64,000 nt of DNA, taken from an uncultured Actinomycetota bacterium. Its GTDB lineage: Bacteria > Actinomycetota > Actinomycetes > S36-B12 > UBA10799. The stretch lies in assembly GCA_963733395.1 (NCBI GenBank), contig CAVTCZ010000019.1:482715-546714 (forward strand). The letters run 5' to 3'. Numbering within the stretch: the first letter of the stretch is position 1; every line of letters starts with the position of its first letter. The notes beneath the pieces were generated by a model. The model worked only from the letters and a program-made list of their open reading frames with translations, was not told the origin of the DNA and did not search any database. The translations under genes and the position numbers were made by a program. This document shows, piece after piece, positions 8,465 to 17,447 of this stretch.

Positions 8465-9253
8465 ATGATCTCCGCCCTGGCCGGCCCGTCGAGCCGTCGT
8501 CGGACGATCGCGCTCATGGTCCGCCAGGACCTGAAGACCCTGTATCGCCGTTATCGACTCGGATTCGTGTGGACCCTGGGCGAGCCGTTCCTGCTGGCCA
8601 TGCTCATGTGGGCGGTGTTCACCTTCATCTTCGCCGGCGGCCGGGGGATCGGCCTGCAGCCGTTCATCGTCTTCTTGATCACCGGCATCTACCCCTTCAC
8701 GTGGCTTTCCCAGACCATCCGCAAGAGCCCACGGTCATTCGTGCGTTTCGGGGACGTGTTGCAGTCCAGCCCGCTCACACCCGCCACATGGCCCATGCGG
8801 ATCGTGCTCGTCGGTTTGTTCGAGTTCCTCACGTCGATCCCGATCATCCTGATCTTCATCTTCGTCAGCGGCGCGGGCCTGACCTGGGGGGTGGCCCTGT
8901 TCCCGGTAGCCATCCTGTTGCAGATCCTGCTGTGCGCGGGATTCGCGATGTTCCAGGCGGGCCTGGCGCTGCGCTGGCCGGACGTGGAGGTCTTCGCGTC
9001 GGTTCTCACCCGGGCGTTCTTCTGGGGCAGCCCGATCCTGTGGTCGCAGAAGAACTTCCCCGAGTGGATGGTGCCCTACCTCTACCTGAATCCCTTCCAC
9101 GGGGTGCTGGACTTCTACCGGGCGTCGGTATGGCCCGAGGTGTTGGCGCCGTGGCAGAACTACGCCCTGTCCTTCGGCGTGATCCTGGTCATCCTGGCGC
9201 TCGGCATCTGGATGCTCTACGGCAAGGGACTCAACCTGCGGCGGATCGAATGA
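8465..9253 (+). CDS. ABC-2 type transporter permease (polysaccharide/teichoic-acid exporter type)
   Basis: ATG 8465 is in frame with ORF 8348..9253. Six predicted TMs. N-terminal DLKTLYRRYRLGFVWTLGEPFL signature typical of ABC-2 (Wzm/TagG-like) permeases. Confidence 0.8.
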   Translation: MISALAGPSSRRRTIALMVRQDLKTLYRRYRLGFVWTLGEPFLLAMLMWAVFTFIFAGGRGIGLQPFIVFLITGIYPFTWLSQTIRKSPRSFVRFGDVLQSSPLTPATWPMRIVLVGLFEFLTSIPIILIFIFVSGAGLTWGVALFPVAILLQILLCAGFAMFQAGLALRWPDVEVFASVLTRAFFWGSPILWSQKNFPEWMVPYLYLNPFHGVLDFYRASVWPEVLAPWQNYALSFGVILVILALGIWMLYGKGLNLRRIE

Positions 9254-10035
9254 CGCTGGCCAGCTTCGCGAACGCGGGTATGCAGGGCGTCCGGCTGACG
9301 AAGAAGAAGCGCATCATCAAGGGCGTTCCGCGGATGACCGGCACCAGTGTGCGGGAGGTCTACTGGGTGTTCCAGGGACTCACCACGTCGCTGGAGCCGG
9401 GGGACGCGTTGGTGATGGTCAGCCGTGATCCTGTGCGGACCAACGCCGTCCTGCGGGTGTGGGCGGGCCTCCTGCCGGTCGACACCGGTGAGGTGCAGCG
9501 CCCGCAGCGCTGTCTGTTCCTGGTCCCGCCGCAGAACAAGTGGCTTCGGGAACTGTCCGTCGAGCAGACGATCCGGTTGCTCGCGGGGACCTACGGATTG
9601 CGCGACGACGAGGTGGAGGCGATCGTCGCCCCGGTTTCGGACATGGCCGGGGTCACCGACCAACTCCACCGTCCGCTCGAGGAGTTGGGCAAGCCGTACG
9701 CCCACCAGATCGCGTTCGCCATCGCGATGCACGCCCCAGTGGACGTCGTGTTGTTCGATCACACCGCCACCATGGGGTCGAGGGAGTTCCGGGCGACCTG
9801 CCTGGACCGTCTCGTCAGCCTGCGGGACGCCGGCAAGGGACTGGTCATCGCCACAGACAAACCCAAGGTCGCCCTGCACGTCGGCACCAAGGCGCTGATC
9901 GTGCGCGGCAAGCGTGCCGACGAGGTGCCCGTGAGCGAGGCGGCGGAGTTCCTCATCCGCGACCGGATCAAGGGCAAGAAGAAGCCCCGCCGCAGGTACG
10001 ACGAGGAGGAGGACGAGGGCGACCTCGGGTTCTGA
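9250..10035 (+). CDS. ABC ATPase-like protein (Wzt/TagH fold) with all catalytic motifs degenerate
   Basis: ATGA overlap with the permease stop. It aligns by eye to Wzt/TagH. The Walker A position reads VSRDPVRTNA, the signature reads KPYAHQI, Walker B reads VVLFDH, and the H-loop position reads ATDKP. Lys/Glu-rich tail. Confidence 0.7.
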   Translation: MTLASFANAGMQGVRLTKKKRIIKGVPRMTGTSVREVYWVFQGLTTSLEPGDALVMVSRDPVRTNAVLRVWAGLLPVDTGEVQRPQRCLFLVPPQNKWLRELSVEQTIRLLAGTYGLRDDEVEAIVAPVSDMAGVTDQLHRPLEELGKPYAHQIAFAIAMHAPVDVVLFDHTATMGSREFRATCLDRLVSLRDAGKGLVIATDKPKVALHVGTKALIVRGKRADEVPVSEAAEFLIRDRIKGKKKPRRRYDEEEDEGDLGF

Positions 10036-10084
10036 AGGCGGGTCTGGCCGAGGGTTGGTGGCGGAGTTCTCGGGCCGGCCCGGG

Positions 10085-10210
10085 GGTTTGTGACGATGTT
10101 GCGGGGTCCGCGGGGCGGTTTGTCACGACGTTGCGGGCTTCCGGGCGGTTCGACCGCGCACCTTCGTGACAAACCAGCAGGACAGGCGCGCAACGTACGT
10201 CACAAAGACC
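10085..10210. repeat. nested double-hairpin element, family D
   Basis: Units ggtttgtgacgatgttgcg (10085-) and ggtttgtcacgacgttgcg (10118-). They are followed by inverted cgcaccttcgtgacaaacc (10157-) and cgcaacgtacgtcacaaagacc (10189-10210). Confidence 0.75.
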
Positions 10211-10336
10211 GCCCGCGGCGGGAGACCGTCACGGCAACGGTGACGCACGACACCAGGGGGCCGGCGATGCAACATTCGGATCACAAGCGCTCACCGGGTC
10301 CTGCCTGCGGGGTACCCTCCAGACAAGGAGGTGGCC

Positions 10337-11098
10337 ATGGGCCTGCGCGACGTGGCGTACTCGTTGTACGAGCGGCGGTTGCTGGCCGGGCTCGACTACG
10401 ACCGCATCCCCCGTCACGTCGGCGTGATCCTGGACGGCAACCGGCGATGGGCCTCCCTGCAGGGGACCAGCGCATCCACCGGGCACCGGGTCGGCGGGGA
10501 GAAGATCGCCGAGTTCCTGCGGTGGTGTGACGACGTCGGCGTCGAGGTGGTCACGCTGTGGCTGCTGTCCACCGACAACCTTGCCCGCCCCGCTGAGGAA
10601 CTCGGGCAGCTGCTGGGCATCATCACCGACACGGTGGAGGGCCTGGCCGCCACCGGCGCCTGGCACATCCACCCCGTGGGGGCGTTGGATCTGCTGCCGG
10701 TCGAGACCGCCAACGTGCTCAAGGAAGCCGACGCGGCCACCCGCGAGATCGAGGGTATGACGGTCAACGTCGCTGTGGGGTACGGCGGGCGGCGGGAAGT
10801 CGTCGACGCGGTCCGGTCGCTGCTGGCCGAACATGCCGAGCGGGGTACCACCCTCGATGACCTGGCCCAGGTCCTCGAGCCCGAGCACATCGCCGAGCAT
10901 CTCTACACCCGCGGCCAACCGGACCCCGACCTCGTCATCCGCACGTCCGGGGAGCAGCGGTTGTCCGGCTTCCTGCTGTGGCAGAGCGCGCATTCGGAGT
11001 TCTACTTCTGCGAGGCCTACTGGCCCGACTTCCGCCGGGTGGACTTCCTGCGCGCGATGCGCTCCTACGCCGACCGGCAGCGCAGATTCGGCGGCTGA
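10337..11098 (+). CDS. cis-prenyltransferase (UppS family; position suggests short-chain Z-farnesyl-PP synthase, Rv1086-like)
   Basis: RBS AGGAGG then ATG 10337. Motifs HVGVILDGNRRWA and RTSGEQRLSGFLLWQ. Confidence 0.88.
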   Translation: MGLRDVAYSLYERRLLAGLDYDRIPRHVGVILDGNRRWASLQGTSASTGHRVGGEKIAEFLRWCDDVGVEVVTLWLLSTDNLARPAEELGQLLGIITDTVEGLAATGAWHIHPVGALDLLPVETANVLKEADAATREIEGMTVNVAVGYGGRREVVDAVRSLLAEHAERGTTLDDLAQVLEPEHIAEHLYTRGQPDPDLVIRTSGEQRLSGFLLWQSAHSEFYFCEAYWPDFRRVDFLRAMRSYADRQRRFGG

Positions 11099-11120
11099 GC
11101 GCGCCGACGGTTCCGCATCC

Positions 11121-11188
11121 GTGAGTCAAAGTCCTGTGGTGAGTGAAGATCAGCAGGATTCTGGCTCACCACTAGGACTTTGACTCAC
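11121..11188. repeat. palindromic element, family B, copy 1
   Basis: gtgagtcaaagtcctgtggtgag...ctcaccactaggactttgactcac, a stem of about 23 bp. It shares ggattctgNctcac...gactttgactcac with 24618-24673. Confidence 0.8.
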
Positions 11189-11338
11189 GCCTTTGCGTGG
11201 AGTGCTCTACCCCACCAGCACCGACGAACCGGTGAACCTTGTGCACCCGTCGGCGTGGCGCGGAGGCTCACCACCGGCGCTCGGCCTAGTGTCGGCGCAT
11301 ACCGGATCCGTCCGGGGTCCGTGGAAACGGAGGCCAGT

Positions 11339-12643
11339 GTGCCCTTTGAGCGTGATCCCTTCCGCACCTATGTGATCGACACCAGTGTCCTGCTCTCCGA
11401 CCCGCACGCGATATTGCGGTTCGACGAGCACGAGGTGGTGATCCCCGCGATCGTGATCACGGAACTCGAAGGCAAACGAACCCATCCCGAACTCGGCTAT
11501 TTCGCCCGCAGTGCCCTGCGGCTGCTGGACGACCTGCGGGTGGAAGCCGGACGCCTCGACGAACCCGTCCTGTTGGAGAGCGGCGGAACGCTTCGCGTCG
11601 AGCTCAACCACGCCGATCCCTCGATCCTGCCCAGTGGGTTCCAGATCGGCGACAACGACACCCGCATCCTGGCCGTCGCCCGCAACCTGGCCGCCGAGGG
11701 GCATCACGTCGTCGTGGTCTCGAAGGACCTGCCGCTGCGGGTCAAGGCCAGCGCCGTCGGCCTGGTCGCCGAGGAGTATCGCGCCGAACTCGCAGCCAGC
11801 AGTGAGTGGAGCGGGATCGAGGAGGTCGACGTCACCACATCGTGGATCGACGAACTCTTCCACAACGACGTCATCGACCTCGACGAGGCGCGCGATCTGC
11901 CCTGCCACACCGGACTGATCCTCAGCAGCGACACCGGTTCCGCGCTCGGCAGGGTGACCGAGGGCAAGCAGGTCCGCCTGGTCCGCGGCGATCGGGAGGC
12001 GTTCGGCTTGCACGGCCGCAGCGCCGAACAGCGCATCGCGCTCGACCTGTTGCTGGACCCGTCCATCGGCATCATCTCCTTGGGCGGCCGGGCTGGAACC
12101 GGCAAGAGTGCGCTGGCGTTGTCGGCGGGGCTTGAGGCCGTGTTGGAGCGCCGACAGCATCGCAAGGTGGTCGTGTTCCGGCCGTTGTACGCGGTGGGCG
12201 GTCAGGAGCTCGGTTACTTGCCCGGCTCCGAACACGAGAAGATGGGCCCCTGGGCGCAGGCGGTGCACGACACCCTGCAGGCGGTCACGACTCAGGAAGT
12301 GGTGGACGAGATCGTCGACCGCGACATGCTCGAGGTGCTGCCGCTGACCCACATCCGGGGCCGTTCGCTGCACGACGCATTCGTGATCGTGGACGAGGCG
12401 CAGTCGCTGGAGCGCAATGTCCTGCTCACGGTGCTCAGCCGCATCGGCCGCGACTCCCGGGTCGTGCTCACCCATGACGTCGCCCAGCGGGACAACCTGC
12501 GGGTCGGCCGCCACGATGGCGTGGTTGCCGTGGTGGATCGGCTCAAGGGACACCCCTTGTTCGCCCACGTGACCCTGACCCGCTCCGAGCGGTCTCCCAT
12601 CGCGGCGCTCGTCACCGAACTGCTGGAGGACTTCCCAGCGTAA
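11339..12643 (+). CDS. PIN-PhoH fusion ATPase (PhoH2)
   Basis: GTG 11339 follows GGAAACGGAGG. N-terminal PIN ([12 protein letters not shown]...ELEGK) and PhoH P-loop GRAGTGKS. Equivalent to Rv1095 in the conserved order. Confidence 0.88.
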   Translation: MPFERDPFRTYVIDTSVLLSDPHAILRFDEHEVVIPAIVITELEGKRTHPELGYFARSALRLLDDLRVEAGRLDEPVLLESGGTLRVELNHADPSILPSGFQIGDNDTRILAVARNLAAEGHHVVVVSKDLPLRVKASAVGLVAEEYRAELAASSEWSGIEEVDVTTSWIDELFHNDVIDLDEARDLPCHTGLILSSDTGSALGRVTEGKQVRLVRGDREAFGLHGRSAEQRIALDLLLDPSIGIISLGGRAGTGKSALALSAGLEAVLERRQHRKVVVFRPLYAVGGQELGYLPGSEHEKMGPWAQAVHDTLQAVTTQEVVDEIVDRDMLEVLPLTHIRGRSLHDAFVIVDEAQSLERNVLLTVLSRIGRDSRVVLTHDVAQRDNLRVGRHDGVVAVVDRLKGHPLFAHVTLTRSERSPIAALVTELLEDFPA

Positions 12644-12717
12644 GACTGTGAGCCGTCTCACGGTTGCCACCGCCGGCCACCGGGCATCAACCGGACAGAC
12701 AACTGTCTGGAGGATGC

Positions 12718-13281
12718 ATGGCTGCCCGTTTGACCCGTGTCGGGATCGGTGCGCTCGTCGTCGCCGTTCCGGCCGCCACCTTGATCCTGGCCGCCCAGAG
12801 TGCGCCCGCCGCCGAGTCGGTGGGTGCAGCAGCGGTGGCCGCCGTGAGCCAGGCCACGCCGGAGCAGACACGTTCTGCGACCTTGCCCAACGCCAAGGTG
12901 TGGCGGGCCGCAGCCGACCACGCCGACCGCTATGAGCGGGCCAGCCGTAGCGCCTCGCCCCACGAATTCGGCACCGTCGCCTACAACAAGTGGTTCGCCC
13001 GGGCCTACATGCAGCAGAAGTACGGCTGGGGTGCCGACCAGTTCGGCGCCCTGGAGCAGCTGTGGCAGCGCGAGTCCGGCTGGAGCCAGAGCGCGCACAA
13101 TGCGTCGTCCGGGGCCCACGGGATCCCGCAGGCGTTGCCCGGCTCCAAGATGGGCTCCTTCGGCGGGGATTGGGCCACCAACCCGGAGACCCAGATCAAG
13201 TGGGGTCTTTCCTACATCGACTCCGTCTACGGCTCGCCAGCCGCAGCGCTGGCATCGTCGCACTCGCGCGGGTGGTACTGA
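12718..13281 (+). CDS. secreted lysozyme-like/SLT-type transglycosylase paralog 1
   Basis: Signal peptide, then WQRESGWSQSAHNASSGAHGIPQALPGSKM...NPETQIKWGLSYI...GWY*. Confidence 0.75.
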   Translation: MAARLTRVGIGALVVAVPAATLILAAQSAPAAESVGAAAVAAVSQATPEQTRSATLPNAKVWRAAADHADRYERASRSASPHEFGTVAYNKWFARAYMQQKYGWGADQFGALEQLWQRESGWSQSAHNASSGAHGIPQALPGSKMGSFGGDWATNPETQIKWGLSYIDSVYGSPAAALASSHSRGWY

Positions 13282-13576
13282 TTCCGTCGTGCCGGCGTCG
13301 CTTTCGTCCGGTTTGACCCGTGGATCGTGACATATGTCACGCGAACCGCCGTGGTCATCAGGTGTAGACCCGGTAAGGGTTAAGTGAAGGAAGGATGCCC
13401 GAGTGCGTCCGAGGACCGCACTGATGCCGTGGGGAAGCGGCGGAGTGGCCCATCGGAGGCACTGGCCGCGCTAACGCCTTGCGACGCCATACGGCGGATC
13501 GAACCGGTCGCATCGGCGGCGGCACCCGGGTTCAATGAGCGTTCCTCGATCCGGGACGCCCGACCGCTGGGTCCGT

Positions 13577-14011
13577 ATGAACAAGCGTCACGCCGCCATC
13601 AGTCTCACCGCTGCCATCCTCGTGGCCAGTCCCGCCGCCGCCAATGCCGCGAACCGGGATCTGCCCCGACCGAGCCGCTCGGAGGCACCCGCTCGTTTCG
13701 GGACCGTCGAGTACTCCCAGTGGTACGCCAAGCAGGCGGCGGCCATCCGCTACGGGTGGAAGGGCAAGCAGTTCAAGGCCCTGCTGACGCTCTGGTACCG
13801 CGAGTCGAGCTGGAACCACAAGGCGGTCAACCGTTCCTCGGGCGCCTGGGGCATCCCGCAGGCACTGCCGGCCACGAAGATGCGGACCCACGGTACGGAC
13901 TACCGCAAGAACCCGGAGACGCAGATCGACTGGGGGCTGGACTACATCCAGGAGCGCTATGGCACGCCGGCGAAGGCGTGGGCCTTCTGGCAGCGCCACC
14001 ACTGGTACTAG
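13577..14011 (+). CDS. secreted lysozyme-like/SLT-type transglycosylase paralog 2
   Basis: Signal peptide MNKRHAAISLTAAILVASPAAANA, then WYRESSWNHKAVNRSSGAWGIPQALPATKM...NPETQIDWGLDYI...HWY*. Confidence 0.75.
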   Translation: MNKRHAAISLTAAILVASPAAANAANRDLPRPSRSEAPARFGTVEYSQWYAKQAAAIRYGWKGKQFKALLTLWYRESSWNHKAVNRSSGAWGIPQALPATKMRTHGTDYRKNPETQIDWGLDYIQERYGTPAKAWAFWQRHHWY

Positions 14012-14122
14012 CCATGTGAGCCGGGTCACGCCGATGGTGTGAGCCGGAACACGATTCCGCACGGGACGCCAGGGGCATCACAGGGGTGCACGAACTACAC
14101 ACCCCCTTCAGGAGTAGTCCCC

Positions 14123-14632
14123 ATGTCTTTTCGTACATCCCGCACCGTGATCGCCGGGGCCGTCAGCATTCCGTTGCTGCTCGGCGCCGTGCCGGCCACG
14201 GCTGCCGATACCACCCCGGCGCCCGACACGACCGCGACCTCGCAACTGTCGGCCTCCGGCAAGGTGAACCGCGCGGCCGCCGCCAAGGCCCCGTCGCGCA
14301 GCAAGGCTCCCCACCGCTTCGGGACCACCAAGTACAACCAGTGGTACGCCAAGCAGTACATGCAGTACAAGTACGGCTGGGGCAAGAAGCAGCGCAAGAG
14401 CCTGGTGAAGCTGTGGAACCACGAATCCGGCTGGAACCACCGCGCCCATAACGGCTCCTCCGGTGCCCATGGCATCCCGCAGGCGCTGCCCGGCTCGAAG
14501 ATGGCCTCGGCCGGCAAGAACTGGCGCTCGAACCCCGAGACGCAGATCAAGTGGGGCCTGTCCTACATCAAGGCCCGCTACGGCACCCCGAACGGTGCCT
14601 GGAACGCCTGGCAGCACAAGGGCTGGTACTGA
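14123..14632 (+). CDS. secreted lysozyme-like/SLT-type transglycosylase paralog 3
   Basis: Signal peptide, then WNHESGWNHRAHNGSSGAHGIPQALPGSKM...NPETQIKWGLSYI...GWY*. Confidence 0.75.
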   Translation: MSFRTSRTVIAGAVSIPLLLGAVPATAADTTPAPDTTATSQLSASGKVNRAAAAKAPSRSKAPHRFGTTKYNQWYAKQYMQYKYGWGKKQRKSLVKLWNHESGWNHRAHNGSSGAHGIPQALPGSKMASAGKNWRSNPETQIKWGLSYIKARYGTPNGAWNAWQHKGWY

Positions 14633-14641
14633 TCCAGCCAC

Positions 14642-14680
14642 GCAGAAGCCCCCGCATGTCTGGGATGCGGGGGCTTCTGC
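14642..14680. terminator. strong hairpin (bidirectional terminator candidate)
   Basis: Perfect 15-16 bp stem, cagaagcccccgcat / atgcgggggcttctg, with a 7-nt loop. It lies 10 nt after the paralog-3 stop, between convergent genes. Confidence 0.65.
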
Positions 14681-14722
14681 ACGTGTGCAGCATTGTCTTG
14701 GCCAGCCGGGGCCGATTGCCCG

Positions 14723-14922
14723 GGTTAGCCGCGAGCACAGCCGTTAGCCGGAAGTCCGCGTCTCGGGCTAACGCCTGTCCGTCGGGCTAACGCCTGTGCT
14801 TCGGGCTAACCGGAGCGTCCGTGCAGTCGGAAGTCCGTGCAGCCGCGAGCACCGCCGTTAGCTGGAAGTCCGCGTCTGCGGGCTAACGCCTGTCCAAAGG
14901 ACTAACCGGAGCGTCCGCCGTG
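14723..14922. repeat. tandemly duplicated hairpin-rich element, family E
   Basis: The unit gccgcgagcacNgccgttagcNggaagtccgcgtct(g)cgggctaacgcctgtcc occurs at about 14728 and about 14851. gg(g/a)ctaaccggagcgtccg occurs at about 14803 and about 14905. Internal gttagcc/ggctaac stems. Confidence 0.75.
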
Positions 14923-14923
14923 C

Positions 14924-16591
14924 TCAGTCAGCCGGAGGGCCCACCGGGATCCGGGTCGCGATGGGACGCATGGTCTCGGCGAAGAAGTCGTTGCCCTTGT
15001 CGTCCACCACCACGAACGCCGGGAAGTCCTCCACCTCGATGCGCCACACCGCCTCCATCCCGTGCTCCGGGAAGTCGAGCACCTCGACTTTGCGGATGCA
15101 GTCCTGCGCCAGCCGAGCGGCCGGCCCGCCGATGGATCCGAGGTAGAACCCGCCGTTGTCCTGGCACGCGGCGGTGACCTGCTTGCTCCGGTTGCCCTTG
15201 GCCAGCATCACCATCGAGCCGCCGGCCTTCTGGAACTGGTCGACGTAGGAGTCCATGCGACCCGCGGTCGTGGGCCCGAAGGACCCGGAGGCATAACCCG
15301 CGGGGGTCTTGGCGGGTCCGGCGTAGTACACCGGGTGGTCCTTCATGTACTGCGGCATCGGGTGGCCCGTGTCGAGCAGATCCTTGATCCGGGCGTGGGC
15401 GATGTCGCGGGCCACCACCAACGTCCCGGTCAGGGACACCCGGGTCTTGACGGGCAGCTTGTGCAGGTCGTTCAACACCTCGGCCATGGGCCGGTTCAGG
15501 TCGATGGCCACCACGTCGTCGTCGAGGTGGTCGTCGGTGATCTCGGGCAGGAAGCGGGCGGGATCGCGCTCGAGCTCCTCGAGGAAGACCCCCTCCGGGG
15601 TGATCTTCGCCAGCGCCTGCCGGTCCGCCGAGCAACTCACTGCGATGGCGATCGGTGCGCTGGCGCCATGCCGCGGCAGCCGGATCACCCGTACGTCGTG
15701 GCAGAAGTACTTGCCGCCGAACTGGGCGCCGATGCCGAAGTCGCGGGTCTGCTCGAGGATGGCCTGTTCCATCTCGACATCCCGGTAGCCGTTGCCGTCC
15801 GGGCCACCGTGCGTGGGCAGGTTGTCGTAGTACCGGGCTGAGGCGTACTTGGCGGTCTTGAGGGCGAACTCCGCGCTCGTGCCGCCCACCACCACGCCCA
15901 GGTGGTACGGCGGGCAGGCAGCGGTCCCGAGGGCACGCAACGAGGAGTCCAGGAAGGTGCGGAACGTCTCCGGGTTCAGCACCGCCTTGGTCTCCTGGTA
16001 CAGGTACGACTTGTTCGCGCTGCCGCCGCCTTTGGCCATGTAGAACAACTCGTACTGCAGCTCGTGGCCCGGCTTGGTGTCCGCCGAGATCTCGATCTGG
16101 GCCGGCAGGTTGGTGCCGGTGTTCACCTCGTCCCACATGCTCAACGGGCTCATCTGCGAGTACCGCAGGTTCAGCTGCTGGTAGGCGTCGAACACGCCAT
16201 GGGTGAGGGCTTGCTCGTCCGGGCCGTCAGTGAGAACCCGCTGGCCGCGCTTGCCGGAGATGATGGCGGTGCCGGTGTCCTGGCACATCGGCAGCACCCC
16301 GCCGGCGGCGATGTTCGCGTTGCGCAGCAGGTCCAGGGCCACGAATCGATCGTTGGGGGAGGCCTGCGGGTCGTCGAGGATGTTCCGCAACTGCTGCAGG
16401 TGCCCCGGCCGCAGCAGGTGTTGGATGTCGCGCATCGCAGCGAAGGTCAACTGCCGCAGGGTTTCCGGGGCCACCCGGAGGAACTGCTGGCCGCCGACTT
16501 CCACCACCTCCACGCCATCGGTCGTGAGCAGGCGGTAGGGGGTTGTGTCCTCGCCGCGCGGAAGCATGTCGACATATCGGAATTCCGGCAT
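14924..16591 (-). CDS. fumA: class I (Fe-S) fumarate hydratase
   Basis: 555-aa intact ORF with [12 protein letters not shown] and a C-terminal beta-domain typical of FumA/TtdAB-type hydrolyases. Confidence 0.92.
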   Translation of the reverse strand: MPEFRYVDMLPRGEDTTPYRLLTTDGVEVVEVGGQQFLRVAPETLRQLTFAAMRDIQHLLRPGHLQQLRNILDDPQASPNDRFVALDLLRNANIAAGGVLPMCQDTGTAIISGKRGQRVLTDGPDEQALTHGVFDAYQQLNLRYSQMSPLSMWDEVNTGTNLPAQIEISADTKPGHELQYELFYMAKGGGSANKSYLYQETKAVLNPETFRTFLDSSLRALGTAACPPYHLGVVVGGTSAEFALKTAKYASARYYDNLPTHGGPDGNGYRDVEMEQAILEQTRDFGIGAQFGGKYFCHDVRVIRLPRHGASAPIAIAVSCSADRQALAKITPEGVFLEELERDPARFLPEITDDHLDDDVVAIDLNRPMAEVLNDLHKLPVKTRVSLTGTLVVARDIAHARIKDLLDTGHPMPQYMKDHPVYYAGPAKTPAGYASGSFGPTTAGRMDSYVDQFQKAGGSMVMLAKGNRSKQVTAACQDNGGFYLGSIGGPAARLAQDCIRKVEVLDFPEHGMEAVWRIEVEDFPAFVVVDDKGNDFFAETMRPIATRIPVGPPAD

Positions 16592-16649
16592 GCCACCAGC
16601 CTAGATCGTGGCGCGCCCATCCCCAACCGCCCGGCGACCCGGTGCCCGC

Positions 16650-17447
16650 GTGCCACACTTGAGCGTGCGCAAACGGGGACTGATCCTGCTGGTGGCGGTT
16701 GCTGCTGCCCTGTTGCCCATGGTGACAAGCGCGCCCGCCCAGGCCGCCCGGGAGCCGAAGATCGTGTACCTCACGTTCGACGACGGACCGAATGCTGAGA
16801 ACTCCCCGCGACTGCTCAAAGTGCTGCACCGCAATCAGGTCCCGGCGACGTTCTTCGTGCTCGGGCAGTACCTCGCGCCCGACCCTGACTACGCGACCAG
16901 GCTGTGGTTGGCCGGGCACGCCGTCGGCAACCACACGTGGTCACACCCGGATCTGACGCTGCTCGACCCCATGGCGGTACAGCACCAACTCGCGTCGACC
17001 CAGCGCCTCATGGGCCCCGGGGCGGGACAGTGCATGCGCCCGCCCTACGGCGCGACGAACGCGGGCGTGTCGTGGGTGGCCACCGGCCTCGGGCTCAAGC
17101 AGGTGCGGTGGACGGTGGATCCCCAGGACTGGGCCCACCAGGACAGCACCTACATCGCCGACCACGTGCTGACGTACGTCCGGGACCGGTCGATCGTGCT
17201 GCTGCATGACGGCGGCGGCCCTCGCGCCGCGACGATCTCCGCGGTGAAGCGGATCATCCCGGCATTGCGGGCGCAGGGCTACGAGTTCCGCACCGTTCCC
17301 GCCTGTCGGGTGCCGCTGCCGCGCGGAGAAGCCATCGGCATGGCGAAGTCGACGAAGCCCAAGCAGTCGAAGCCCGTCGATCCGACGCCGACGCCGACGG
17401 ATCAACCCTCGCCGTCTCCCAGCACGCCCACGGGAGCGGGGGCATGA
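16650..17447 (+). CDS. secreted polysaccharide deacetylase (NodB homology domain)
   Basis: Signal peptide, then YLTFDDGP...HAVGNHTWSHPDL...RPPYG motifs. The start is ambiguous (GTG 16650, TTG 16659 or GTG 16665). Confidence 0.85.
   Translation: MPHLSVRKRGLILLVAVAAALLPMVTSAPAQAAREPKIVYLTFDDGPNAENSPRLLKVLHRNQVPATFFVLGQYLAPDPDYATRLWLAGHAVGNHTWSHPDLTLLDPMAVQHQLASTQRLMGPGAGQCMRPPYGATNAGVSWVATGLGLKQVRWTVDPQDWAHQDSTYIADHVLTYVRDRSIVLLHDGGGPRAATISAVKRIIPALRAQGYEFRTVPACRVPLPRGEAIGMAKSTKPKQSKPVDPTPTPTDQPSPSPSTPTGAGA

Noticed and set aside
13400-13470. Cobalamin-riboswitch-like words (GGGGAAGC...GGCACUGG)
   Set aside because: The resemblance is limited to two short words, there is no B12-box context, and the downstream gene has no link to cobalamin.
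14723-14922. Possible CRISPR array, because of repeated units
   Set aside because: The repeats are imperfect, differ in length, are internally palindromic around gttagcc/ggctaac, and are not separated by regular unique spacers. No cas genes are present.
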